Assembly: GCA_963783375.1 (NCBI GenBank)
Contig: CAWANH010000029.1
Coordinates: 960,001 to 1,024,000 of the forward strand
DNA length: 64,000 bases
Direction of reading: 5' to 3'
DNA from: Candidatus Eiseniibacteriota bacterium
GTDB taxonomy: Bacteria; Eisenbacteria; RBG-16-71-46; JABDJR01
Shown: positions 52,155 through 61,661 of the stretch, one piece after another
Layout of the letters: every line of letters begins with the position of its first letter
Position numbering within the stretch: position 1 is the stretch's first letter
Translations under genes and position numbers: made by a program
The notes under the pieces: model-generated
Seen by the model: the letters and a program-made list of their open reading frames with translations, nothing else
Database searches by the model: none
Told to the model about the DNA's origin: nothing

Positions 52155-53411
52155 GTGATCCCGGGCGGACTCCGGTCCCTCTTCACCGACTACGCCGCCC
52201 ACATCCGGCTTTTCTCCCGCAACGCCCGGCTCTATCTGGCCGGGGCGTTTTGTTTCGGGTTCGGATTCGGCACCTTCTGGGTGCTCCTGAACCTCTACTT
52301 CCGGGCCCTCGGGCTCACGGACACCCAGATCGGGCGGGTGCTCTCCTTCCAGTCCTTCGGCACGGTACTGGTGGCCATCCCCGCCGGAATCATCGCCAGC
52401 CGAATCCGCCTCAAGTGGCTCCTCATCGCGGCCACCGGGGTGAGCGCCACCGCCTATACCCTGTTGGTCACCGTTCGCCCCTTTCCGCTCCTCCTGGTGT
52501 TGGCCATGATCGCCGGAGCCGGGTTCATCATTCACGGCGTCCTCGCCGCCCCTTTCTTCATGCGCAATTCCTCCCCGGCCGAGCGCCTGCATCTCTTCGG
52601 TATCAACCAGGCGGTGGAGATCCTGGCCAGCGTGGTGGGGGTGGCCGGCGGAGGCTGGCTGGCCGGCTTCCTCGGGGAACGCTGGCACTCGGACCTCCTG
52701 GGGCTTCGCGTGACCCTCCTGATCGCGGTGGGGCTACTCTGCCTGGCCGTCATCCCCTACGCCCTGATCCACTCGCCTCCCCCGTCTCCCCTGGAGACCT
52801 CGAGGTTCCGCATCCGGGGGTACCGGAACCCGAAACTCCTGTTCAAGCTCGCGCTCCCCATCTTTCTGGTGGGATGCGGCGCCGGCCTGGTGATCCCCTT
52901 CCTGAACCTCTACTTCCGCGACCGCTTCGCCCTGGATCCGCCTTCCATCGGACGGATCTTCGCGGTGGCCCAGGGAATCACCGCGCTCGGATTCATCCTC
53001 GGCCCGATCATGGCCCGCCGGCTGGGGCTGGTGCGGGCGGTGGTGACCACCGAGCTCCTATCCATCCCGTTCTTCCTCACCCTGGCCTTCACCCACCGCC
53101 TCGACGTGGCCATCATGGCCTTCTGGATGCGGGGGGCGCTCATGAACATGAACCAACCCATCTCCCGGAACTTCGCCATGGAGGCGGTGGGCGTCGATCA
53201 GCAGCCGATCGCCAACTCGATCCTGGAGATGTCCTGGAATCTGTCGTGGATGATCTCCGCCCAGGTGGGGGGATGGCTGATCGATCGGCACGGATTCGCC
53301 TATCCCATGCTGATAACCGTCGTGCTATACTTCACTGCGTCCAACCTGTATTTTCAGTTCTTCCGTCGATTTGAAGAACGTCCGGAACCGGCTACGGTGA
53401 ACCCCGCCTGA
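52155..53411 (+). CDS. MFS transporter
   Basis: About 12 TM helices; FSRNARLYL and PFLNLYF. Confidence 0.9.
   Translation: MIPGGLRSLFTDYAAHIRLFSRNARLYLAGAFCFGFGFGTFWVLLNLYFRALGLTDTQIGRVLSFQSFGTVLVAIPAGIIASRIRLKWLLIAATGVSATAYTLLVTVRPFPLLLVLAMIAGAGFIIHGVLAAPFFMRNSSPAERLHLFGINQAVEILASVVGVAGGGWLAGFLGERWHSDLLGLRVTLLIAVGLLCLAVIPYALIHSPPPSPLETSRFRIRGYRNPKLLFKLALPIFLVGCGAGLVIPFLNLYFRDRFALDPPSIGRIFAVAQGITALGFILGPIMARRLGLVRAVVTTELLSIPFFLTLAFTHRLDVAIMAFWMRGALMNMNQPISRNFAMEAVGVDQQPIANSILEMSWNLSWMISAQVGGWLIDRHGFAYPMLITVVLYFTASNLYFQFFRRFEERPEPATVNPA
53323..53331 (+). promoter_or_regulatory. Extended -10 element inside the MFS 3' end (probable internal promoter for 53444-55404)
   Basis: TGCTATACT (TGnTATACT) in a locally AT-richer patch. 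Confidence 0.35.
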
Positions 53412-53443
53412 TCCGTTCCGGACCCTGATCCGGAACGAGCGCC

Positions 53444-53944
53444 TTGGAACGATCCCCTCAGCGGACCAGGGCGAGGCGTACCCGATTCTCCCCCAGAGCC
53501 TGGCTCGCCGCGCTCATCGCGTTGCTCGTCGTGTCGACCGTGGGCCGGTGGCCGGTCTACCGGGACCGGCTCGCTTCGAGCTGGGCCCAGACCCTGCTCC
53601 TCCCGCATCGGCTCACCGAGAGCCTCGACGCGATCACCTTCGATTGTGTGGGCACACCCTACGGCATCATGGAGGCCACCCGCGTCCGATCCTTCGACGA
53701 TGCGGTGATCGTGATCAGCGACGATCCCCGCGACGCTCCTCTCGACAACGTCCTCTGGTGCGCGTACTACCTCTATCCGAGGGTGCTGGTGCACGAGTCC
53801 GGCCTGGCCCCTGAAATCCAACCCGACTTCGAGATCACGACCGCCCACTTCGGCCGGGGCCCCTCCGGCGAAGGCGGCGGGGCGGGCCTCCGCGCCCTCT
53901 CCGAGCGGGCGCGGCTGTTTGCGGCCGCGAACTGGAATCCATGA
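53444..53944 (+). CDS. Hypothetical membrane protein
   Basis: N-terminal TM helix and YYLYPR; ATGA overlap with the next gene. Confidence 0.6.
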   Translation: MERSPQRTRARRTRFSPRAWLAALIALLVVSTVGRWPVYRDRLASSWAQTLLLPHRLTESLDAITFDCVGTPYGIMEATRVRSFDDAVIVISDDPRDAPLDNVLWCAYYLYPRVLVHESGLAPEIQPDFEITTAHFGRGPSGEGGGAGLRALSERARLFAAANWNP

Positions 53945-55404
53945 CCGAGGCGGCGGGGTGGCTGGGGCCGCTGGCGGTATGGGTGTCGGTCACCCTGGGG
54001 GGCCGGGGGTTCCTGAACGCGCTCGGCCTCCGCTGGTGTCGCGCGGGTAGCTGGGGTGCCGCTTTTCTCCTCGGCTTCACCCTCCTCACCGGATTCATCT
54101 ACGCCGGAGCGATTGTCGGCGTCCCGGTGGGCGTGCCTCTCATCCTCACCGCGGCGGGAGCGGTGACCGTGGGAGGGCTTTTCGCCGCGCGCCGCCGCGA
54201 GGTTCCCGCGCCGACCTTCCCTCCCTGGACACCTGCGGAATGGATCCTCGCCGGCGCGCTCGGCGTTCTCGCCCTGGTGATCGCGCAGAACGCGCTTTAC
54301 TTCCCGGTCCTGGCCACCGACGCCCACTCCTATACGGGACGCGCCCTCTATCTGCTCCACGACCGGACCCTGAACCTCGCCCTGTATCACTGGCCGGGGA
54401 CGGGGGGGATCGCGGACACCAATATCGCCTACCCGCCGCTCATGAGCCTGGGCTTCGCGGTCACCTACGCCCTGGAAGGCTGGCAACCCAAGATCGTCAC
54501 CTTGTTCTTTGCTCTCGCCTGGCCGCTGGTGACCTTCGGGGTTCTACGCGCGCTCCTCCCCCGCTTCGCCGCCCTGGTATGGACCCTGGTCCTGACCTTG
54601 ACCCCCGAGCTCCTGGCGCACACCTCTCTCGCGCTCCTCAACCTCCCGGCCATGGCCCTGGCCACCGGGGAGGCGGCGGCGCTGGCCCGCTTCCTCGCCA
54701 CCGGCCGGCGGGGTTGGCTTTTCCCCGCCGGGGCGCTGGCCGCGGGAGCCGCCGGCGTCCGGCCGGACGCGATCGTGGTGCACGCCGCCCTCGGTCTCGC
54801 CGCACTGTTGATCCTTCTCGTCCATCGCGACCGGCGGGTCCTTCGCCGCGCGCTTCCCGGCCTGGTCCTGGTCGGGGCGGCCCCGCTCCTCACCTGGGGG
54901 AGCTGGACCGCCTACCTGGCCGGGGTGGTCGGCGTCGAGAGTCTGGGACCGGTCGCCCGGGGGACCACGATCGGGCTTCCCGAAGTGCTCCGCCACCTGG
55001 GCCGGCTTCTGGTGAACTGGCCCGCCTTCGGGGTCACGTTCCTGCTCTGGCTCGCAACCCTTCCCTTCTCCTTCACCCGCGCCGGGACCGAGGCCCGGTT
55101 CTACCGGGTGGCCGCCCCCCTGGTTCTTCTCGCCCTGGTGAGCGTGTTCAGTTCTCTCGACCGAAGCTTCGGCGGCGGCCCCGCCGACGTCCTGACCTCA
55201 TCCTTCAAGCGGGCGCTGTTCTACGTCGTCCCCCTGGCCGGGCTCGCCGCGGCGCTCACCCCGCCCTGGAGCCTCCTCGCCCGCCGGGGTTACGGCTGGG
55301 TGCACCTCGATCTGCGGGACGTCGGGCCGGCCGCCCCCGGGAGGGGGACCGCCGTCCCGGCTCACCGCCCCCGCTTGTCCGGCCGGCGGCGGGCCTCGAG
55401 ATGA
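53941..55404 (+). CDS. Multi-pass membrane protein, GT-C-like
   Basis: ATDAHSY and YPPL luminal motifs; many TM helices. Confidence 0.6.
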   Translation: MTEAAGWLGPLAVWVSVTLGGRGFLNALGLRWCRAGSWGAAFLLGFTLLTGFIYAGAIVGVPVGVPLILTAAGAVTVGGLFAARRREVPAPTFPPWTPAEWILAGALGVLALVIAQNALYFPVLATDAHSYTGRALYLLHDRTLNLALYHWPGTGGIADTNIAYPPLMSLGFAVTYALEGWQPKIVTLFFALAWPLVTFGVLRALLPRFAALVWTLVLTLTPELLAHTSLALLNLPAMALATGEAAALARFLATGRRGWLFPAGALAAGAAGVRPDAIVVHAALGLAALLILLVHRDRRVLRRALPGLVLVGAAPLLTWGSWTAYLAGVVGVESLGPVARGTTIGLPEVLRHLGRLLVNWPAFGVTFLLWLATLPFSFTRAGTEARFYRVAAPLVLLALVSVFSSLDRSFGGGPADVLTSSFKRALFYVVPLAGLAAALTPPWSLLARRGYGWVHLDLRDVGPAAPGRGTAVPAHRPRLSGRRRASR

Positions 55405-56441
55405 ATCCGGCGCCACCGCTTCCGCTCGGCCAGCCGAAGCCGGACGTCGGACCGGGCGGCCTCGTGGCGGACCTCACGCTGAAGCTTCCGGTAGGCGGCG
55501 AAGCGATCCGGGGATAGGGCGCCCGCGCGCACGGCCTCGCGCACCGCGCATCCCGGTTCGGCGTCGTGGCCGCAGTCCCGAAAACGGCAATCGGCGGCGA
55601 ACCCCTCCACGTCCTCGAACACCCGGCCCAGACCCTCCTCACCCTCCCACATGATGACCGTGCGCATCCCCGGAGTGTCCACCAGCATGCCTCCCCCGGG
55701 CAGCACGATCAGGCGCCGGGCGGTGGTGGTGTGCCGGCCGCGGTCATCCTCCCGGATCTCCCGGACCGTAAGAATCTCCCGGCCGGCCAGGCGGTTGACG
55801 ATTGTCGACTTGCCCACGCCGGAGGAGCCGACCAGCGCCACCGTGCGACCGGTCCCGAGGTAGGGTTCGAGCGCGCGAAGCCCCTTCGGTTCCCGGGCGG
55901 TCACCGGCAGGACCGCCACCCCCGGAGCCGCCTCCTCCATCGCGGCCACGATCGATTCGGGATCCGGACAGAGGTCCGCCTTGCTGAGGACGACCACCGG
56001 TATCGCCCCGCTTTCCCATAGGAGCGCCAGGTACCGCTCCATCCGCCGTGGATTCAGATCGTGGTTCAGGGACTGGACCAGGAACACGGTGTCCGCGTTG
56101 GCCGCGATCACCTGCTCCGCGGCCCGCCGCCCGGCCTCCTTTCGCGAGAACGCGCTCCGCCGGGCCAGGACCCGGCGGATCAGCGCGGTCCCACGATCCG
56201 GCCCTCCCTCGGGGAGCCGGGCCAGCACCCAGTCCCCGACCACCGGGCGCCCGGCGGCGGCGTCCAGCTCGTGGATCAGGCGCCCGGCCGGTTCGGCGAA
56301 CCACTCCGAGCCCGTCCCGTCGAGGATGCGGTAGCTCCCACGTTGCTCCTCCACCACCCGCGCGGGGGCCCATTCCCGGTCTTCCGGGGTCATTTGGTGT
56401 TCGAAAAAGGGACTCCATCCCAGGGATTCAAGACCGTTCAC
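55362..56441 (-). CDS. rsgA: Ribosome small subunit-dependent GTPase A
   Basis: VVGDWV, SKADL, GSSGVGKST, GRHTT, DTPG and a CRFRDCGH..EPGC zinc finger. Confidence 0.95.
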   Translation of the reverse strand: MNGLESLGWSPFFEHQMTPEDREWAPARVVEEQRGSYRILDGTGSEWFAEPAGRLIHELDAAAGRPVVGDWVLARLPEGGPDRGTALIRRVLARRSAFSRKEAGRRAAEQVIAANADTVFLVQSLNHDLNPRRMERYLALLWESGAIPVVVLSKADLCPDPESIVAAMEEAAPGVAVLPVTAREPKGLRALEPYLGTGRTVALVGSSGVGKSTIVNRLAGREILTVREIREDDRGRHTTTARRLIVLPGGGMLVDTPGMRTVIMWEGEEGLGRVFEDVEGFAADCRFRDCGHDAEPGCAVREAVRAGALSPDRFAAYRKLQREVRHEAARSDVRLRLAERKRWRRIHLEARRRPDKRGR

Positions 56442-56639
56442 CTTCGTCCTCCGGTGTACGTGGCCGATGACGGCCCGGGCCGGCGCCGGCGCTTCAGGGA
56501 AGACGCGCGGCCGCGTCACCGCGGATCGGCGGCGACGGGAATCCGGCTCGGGATTCAGCGAGGTGCAGGAGGAGCCGGCCCGCGGATGGGCCGGTGAACG
56601 AAGCTCCAGGGCGCGGCGAGCGCGACCCGGGTCAGCTTC

Positions 56640-56684
56640 TCAGCGGCCGGCGGGGGCTCCCCCGAACGCAACGGCGGTGGTCAT
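56640..56684 (-). CDS. Putative leader peptide MTTAVAFGGAPAGR upstream of rsgA
   Basis: GGAGGA RBS 6 nt before the ATG; same strand as rsgA and about 200 nt upstream of it. Confidence 0.5.
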   Translation of the reverse strand: MTTAVAFGGAPAGR

Positions 56685-56936
56685 GCGGCATTCCTCCATC
56701 GGTTGGGGGGAGAAGATCGGCCCGGGCAAGCGCCCGACCCTGAGGCCGTACGATAGCCGATCCGGATCCCCGGAGTCCACCCCGACTTCGATCCCCTTGG
56801 GGAGCGCGGCCGGGCGGAGTACACTCGGCGGTTCCTTCTCCGGCGCCCCCAGGGGGACGCCGGGAGGCGACGCCCGTCGGACGGAGGTCCGGTCCGGGAC
56901 CGACCCGATCGACGACTGCCCAGGAGACCCCCCAAC

Positions 56937-58376
56937 GTGAACGCCTACCCGGTCAAGAAAGGCCAGACCCTCCCCCTCGTGATCGAACGGCTCGCCTTCG
57001 GCGGGAAGGGCGTAGCCCGGGTGGAGGGCTACGCGGTGTTCGTGGAGGGGGGGCTCCCCGGCCAGGAGGTCCTGGCCACGGTGGTGAAGCGGAAGCGCGC
57101 CTACGCCGAGGCGCGGATCGAGCGGGAGATCGCTCCCGCCCCGGATCAGGTGACCCCGCGATGCGAGCATTTCGGGGTGTGCGGCGGGTGCGTGCTCCAG
57201 CACCTGAGTTACGAGGCCCAGCTCGAAGCCAAGCGGGGCCACGTGCGGGACGCGCTGGTCCGCCTCGGCGGCTTCCCCGAGGGCACGCCGGCGGTCGAGC
57301 CCACCCTTCCCTCCCCCGATCCGTTCGAGTACCGGAACAAGATGGAGTTCTCGTTCTCCCCGACCCGCTGGCTCACGAGCGACGAACTCGGCACCGAGGC
57401 GGCGGAAACCGACCGGTTCGGGCTGGGCCTCCACGTGCGCCGGCGGTTCGACCGGGTGGTGAACGTGAACCGCTGCCACCTCGTCCCGGAACCGGCCTCG
57501 GAGATCCTCCGACGGGTTCGGGAGGTCTCGCGCCGGAGCGACCTTCCCCCCTATTCCACCCGCACCCACACCGGATTCTGGCGCTTCCTGGTCCTCAGGG
57601 ACGGCGTCAACACCGGAGAGCGCATGGCGCACATCATCACCCACCAGGCTCCGCCGGGCTCACCGCGCGCCCGGGCGGTGGAGGCGGTCGCCGACGCGCT
57701 GGCCGCCCCCGAGTTCGGGATCACCAGCCTGTTGCACGGGACCACCACCCGCAAGGCCTCGGTGGCCTTCTGCGAGGAAGTCCGCCCTCTCCGCGGCGAG
57801 CCGGTGATCACCGAACGCCTCCTGGGGGAGACTTTCGAGATCGGTCCCAACACCTTCTTCCAGACCAACACCCGGGGGGCGGAAGCGCTCTTTCGCCAGG
57901 CCCTGGATCGCGGCGCGTTCACCCCCGAGGACACGGTGTGGGACCTCTACTGCGGGGTGGGGGCGCTGAGCCTCCCCCTGGCCCGGAAGGTGCGCCGGGT
58001 GGTGGGGATGGAACTGGTGGTGGAGTCGGTGGCGGCGGCGCGGCGGAACGCGAAACGGAACGGGGTCGAAAATGCCGAGTTCCTGGTCGGGGACATTCGC
58101 GCCCTCCTCGCCGATCCCGAGCTTCGGCGAACCCTGGCCCCCGACGCGGTGGTCCTGGATCCGCCCCGGGAGGGGATCCACGCCGACGTGGCGGCGGCGC
58201 TGATCGATCTCGCTCCGGGCCGGATCGTCTACGTCTCATGCAATCCGGCCACCCTGGCCCGGGACCTGGCCCTCTTCGCCGCCGGCGGCTACCGGCCGGA
58301 GCCGGTCCTCCCGGTGGACATGTTCCCCCACACCGCTCACGTGGAATGCGTGACCGCGCTCCGGAGAGCCACATGA
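56937..58376 (+). CDS. rlmD: 23S rRNA (uracil(1939)-C5)-methyltransferase
   Basis: TRAM domain, CEHFGVCGGC Fe-S motif, FFQTN, DPPREG, YVSCNPATLARD and DMFPHTAHVE. Confidence 0.95.
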   Translation: MNAYPVKKGQTLPLVIERLAFGGKGVARVEGYAVFVEGGLPGQEVLATVVKRKRAYAEARIEREIAPAPDQVTPRCEHFGVCGGCVLQHLSYEAQLEAKRGHVRDALVRLGGFPEGTPAVEPTLPSPDPFEYRNKMEFSFSPTRWLTSDELGTEAAETDRFGLGLHVRRRFDRVVNVNRCHLVPEPASEILRRVREVSRRSDLPPYSTRTHTGFWRFLVLRDGVNTGERMAHIITHQAPPGSPRARAVEAVADALAAPEFGITSLLHGTTTRKASVAFCEEVRPLRGEPVITERLLGETFEIGPNTFFQTNTRGAEALFRQALDRGAFTPEDTVWDLYCGVGALSLPLARKVRRVVGMELVVESVAAARRNAKRNGVENAEFLVGDIRALLADPELRRTLAPDAVVLDPPREGIHADVAAALIDLAPGRIVYVSCNPATLARDLALFAAGGYRPEPVLPVDMFPHTAHVECVTALRRAT

Positions 58377-59266
58377 CCCCCCTCCCCACGATCCGGCCGG
58401 CCCGGTCGGGCGACCTCGGCGAGGTGAGCCGGCTGGTCGGACGGTTGAACGCGCTCCCCGAGCAACGCTCTCTCATGCTGGACGAGACGGTGGACGGGGT
58501 CCGGAAGAACCTCGAGGAGTTCGACGACCCCTGGGAGTCCCGCTTCGTGGTCTCGGAGATCGGGTCGGGGATCACGGGCGCCGCCGGCGCGGAGTGGACC
58601 CTCGCCAATCGCCGGGGCCGGCTGTTCGGACCCTTCGTGGAGGCCGAACCCGCGGGCCCGGCGTTCGGAGGCCTCCTCACCGCAGCGGTGGCCCTGATTC
58701 CCCCGGGGATCGACACCCTGGACGCCTTCATCGATCACGCCGCGGTGATCGCCCGCCGAGGCCTCGAAGCCGGCGCGTTCGAGGAGATCCGGCGGGTGCT
58801 GATCTACACCGCGCCACTCCCCGGCCGGAACCCCACCCCCGTCGAGCCCGGCCGCGATCTTTCCCCCGAACACGAGAAAGCGTTCCTCGAACTCCACCGG
58901 CTCTGCTTTCCCGATTCCTACACCGAGGGACGAACGCTTCTGGCCTCACGGGACGAGCGGAGCCGGATCCTCATGGCCACCGAGGGTCCGCGCCTCAGCG
59001 GCTACCTGGCCGCGAACCTGGAGGAAGGGCCGAGCGAGGGGTTCGTGCAGTACCTGGGGGTGGCGCCGGATCTCCGCGGGAGGGGCCTCGGCCGACGGTT
59101 GTTGGCGCAGTCGCTTCGATGGTTCCGGGAGACCGGCATGCCCCAGGCCTCCCTCACCGTGGAGGACAAGAACACCGGGGCCCGCGGCCTTTACGAGAGC
59201 GTGGGGTTCTCGGTGTTCCGGAGCGGGGTGGTGCTCCGGAAGGATCTCGCCGCCGCGACTCCCTGA
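58373..59266 (+). CDS. GNAT N-acetyltransferase (tandem GNAT)
   Basis: LGVAPDLRGRGLG and NTGARGLYESVGF. Confidence 0.85.
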   Translation: MTPLPTIRPARSGDLGEVSRLVGRLNALPEQRSLMLDETVDGVRKNLEEFDDPWESRFVVSEIGSGITGAAGAEWTLANRRGRLFGPFVEAEPAGPAFGGLLTAAVALIPPGIDTLDAFIDHAAVIARRGLEAGAFEEIRRVLIYTAPLPGRNPTPVEPGRDLSPEHEKAFLELHRLCFPDSYTEGRTLLASRDERSRILMATEGPRLSGYLAANLEEGPSEGFVQYLGVAPDLRGRGLGRRLLAQSLRWFRETGMPQASLTVEDKNTGARGLYESVGFSVFRSGVVLRKDLAAATP

Positions 59267-59303
59267 GGCCGACCCGCGCGCCGGGCGGGTTCAAGGCGGG
59301 GGG

Positions 59304-60080
59304 TCACGATTTGGCGGCGCGCTCCCATACCAGCCGGATCCCGTTCACGGTCAGGGATTCGTCCACTGCGGTGATGGTCTCCGAGGCCTCGGCAATGGCG
59401 GTCGCCAGCCCCCCGGTCGCCACCACCGGGAGCCCCGGTGCCAAACCCATCTCCTTCACCACCGCCCGCACCAGCGCGTCCACGCCCCCCACCGCCCCGT
59501 AGAAGATCCCCGCCTGCATGCTCTCCTCGGTGGTGCGGCCCACCACGTGGGCCGGACGCTTGATCTCCACCCGGGCCAGGCGCGCGCCGTGGGAGAACAG
59601 GGCGTTGGCCCCGGTGGAGATCCCCGGGGCGATCACCCCCCCGGCGTACTCCCGGTTCGCGGTAATCACGTCGAGGGTGGTGGCGGTGCCGAGATCCACG
59701 ACGATGGATGGCGCGCCGTACCCCGCGATGACCGCGACCGCGTTCACCAGGCGGTCGGCCCCCACCGAGGCGCGATCGTGATAGAGGATGGGAAGGTCGG
59801 GGACCGCCCGGTGGTCGATCACCATGGCCTCCCGGTCGAACAGCCGGCGGGCCAGGACGCGATACTCGGGGGTGAGTCCGGGCACCACCGAGGACACCGC
59901 CATCCCGGTGATCTCCCGCTCCTCGGCGCCCACGCTGCTCAGGAGATAGTGGAAGAGCACCGAAAGCTCGTCCCCGGTCTGGCGGGGGGAACTGGTGAGC
60001 CGCCAGTGATGCTTCAGGGTCTCCCCCTCGAAAAGGGCGACCAGGGTTTCGGAGTTTCCGACGTCGACGGCCAACAACAT
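59304..60080 (-). CDS. coaX: Type III pantothenate kinase
   Basis: DVGNS, VGADR, VDLGTATT and ATGG. Confidence 0.95.
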   Translation of the reverse strand: MLLAVDVGNSETLVALFEGETLKHHWRLTSSPRQTGDELSVLFHYLLSSVGAEEREITGMAVSSVVPGLTPEYRVLARRLFDREAMVIDHRAVPDLPILYHDRASVGADRLVNAVAVIAGYGAPSIVVDLGTATTLDVITANREYAGGVIAPGISTGANALFSHGARLARVEIKRPAHVVGRTTEESMQAGIFYGAVGGVDALVRAVVKEMGLAPGLPVVATGGLATAIAEASETITAVDESLTVNGIRLVWERAAKS

Positions 60081-60105
60081 GGTCTTTTCCTTTCCGGCCT
60101 CGGGA

Positions 60106-60930
60106 TCAGTCCTCGGGAGCCTCGGGTTCCGCCGGCTCCCCGGCCTCGCGCTCCCGGCGCCGTTCCTCCCGCTCCTCCCGGGCTCGAGTGGCGCGCTTTC
60201 CCTTGTAGACCGTGGACGAGACGATGAAGCTCAGGACGAGGAGGATCAGCAGAGGGATGGCCAGGGCGATCTGCGATATCGGGTCCGCCGGGGTCAGCAC
60301 CGCGGAGGTGATGAAGATGACCACCACCGAATGGCGCCAGAAGCGCTTGAAGAACGACGGGTTCAGGACGCCGATCGAGGTGAGGAACGCGGAGAAGAGC
60401 GGGAGCTGGAAGATCAGCCCGCAGGCCAACCCCATGGCGAACACCATGTCCAGGAGGGAACCCACCTCGATCTGGGGGGCCAGGTTCAGGGTGCCGAAGC
60501 CGATCAGCACCCTCACCATGAGCGGGGTCATGATGAAGTAGGAGAAGCTGATCCCCACGTAGAACAGCAGCACAGAGGAGACCACCCCGGGCAGCACCAC
60601 CTTGCGCTCCCGGTCCAGGAGACCCGGCCCCACGAAGCTCCAGATCTTCCAGAAGATGTACGGCAGGGTGAGAATGATGCCGAGGATGATGGCGACCTTG
60701 AGCCGGGCGAGGAAGGCCCCCTGGGGTTTGAGGAACACCGCCTTCGTGGTGGTGGAGTTGATGAGCCAGGTGAGGATGCGCCCCGAGAAGGACCAGGCCA
60801 GCGCCCCTCCCACCGCGACGGCAATGATGACGCGGATCAGGGTCTGCCGGAGTTCCTCCAGGTGCTGGAGGAAGGGCATGACCCTCTCATCCTGGGAGTC
60901 GCCGATCCGGTCGGGGGAATCCACGGGCAA
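60106..60930 (-). CDS. tatC: Twin-arginine translocase subunit TatC
   Basis: MPFLQHLEELR, FVGPGL, FQLP and LTPADP. Confidence 0.95.
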   Translation of the reverse strand: MPVDSPDRIGDSQDERVMPFLQHLEELRQTLIRVIIAVAVGGALAWSFSGRILTWLINSTTTKAVFLKPQGAFLARLKVAIILGIILTLPYIFWKIWSFVGPGLLDRERKVVLPGVVSSVLLFYVGISFSYFIMTPLMVRVLIGFGTLNLAPQIEVGSLLDMVFAMGLACGLIFQLPLFSAFLTSIGVLNPSFFKRFWRHSVVVIFITSAVLTPADPISQIALAIPLLILLVLSFIVSSTVYKGKRATRAREEREERRREREAGEPAEPEAPED

Positions 60931-60935
60931 GGGAG

Positions 60936-61415
60936 CTACTCTCGGGATCGCGGCGGCTTCGGCTCACCGGCGCCCAGCCCCTGGATCTCGTCGAGAAACT
61001 GATTGACGTCCTTGAACTGCCGGTAGACCGACGCGAACCGGACGTAGGCAACCTCGTCGAGACCCTGCAGCTCTTCCATCACCCGCTCCCCGATCAGCTT
61101 GCTCGGGACCTCGCCCGGGGCCCGGCGCTGGATCTCGGTCTCGATCCGGTCCACCATCTCCTCGATCTGGGTGAGGGAAATCGGCCGCTTCTCGCAGGCC
61201 CGGGAGATCCCGGCGATGATCTTCTCGCGGCTGAAAGTCTCCCGCTTCCCGTCCCGCTTCACCACCACCATGCTGGCGTTTTCCACGTACTCATAGGTGG
61301 TGAACCGGTTTCCGCACCCGATGCACTCCCGGCGCCGGCGGATGGCTCGGCCTTCCTTGGTGGACCTGGAGTCGATGACGCGGTCCTCGAGGTGGCCGCA
61401 TTTCGGACAGCGCAT
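60936..61415 (-). CDS. nrdR: Transcriptional repressor NrdR
   Basis: MRCPKC, RRRRECIGCGNRFTTYE, ATP-cone and VAYVRFASVY. Confidence 0.98.
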   Translation of the reverse strand: MRCPKCGHLEDRVIDSRSTKEGRAIRRRRECIGCGNRFTTYEYVENASMVVVKRDGKRETFSREKIIAGISRACEKRPISLTQIEEMVDRIETEIQRRAPGEVPSKLIGERVMEELQGLDEVAYVRFASVYRQFKDVNQFLDEIQGLGAGEPKPPRSRE

Positions 61416-61462
61416 GGCTTCCCCCCTCGCTCCCGGGAGCGCAGGATCTCGTGGGAGGTGGG

Positions 61463-61491
61463 ATGCTACCCGCCATATCTGGGGCTGTCAA
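61463..61491 (-). promoter_or_regulatory. sigma70 promoter of nrdR with NrdR-box-like spacer
   Basis: Minus strand TTGACA-GCCCCAGATATGGCGGG(17 nt)-TAGCAT. Confidence 0.7.
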
Positions 61492-61661
61492 CGCGTCCCG
61501 ACGGCCCGCCGCTTGGCAAAACGGACGCTTCTGGTAGGTTTAGGGCTCAACTTCCCGCCGTGACCACCGACCCTATCGCCTCAGCATCCCAGGAGAATCC
61601 GGTTCCGGCCGATTCGCGAGCCCCCGCGGCGCGGTTTTCACAGGATGCCGGAACGAGCACC

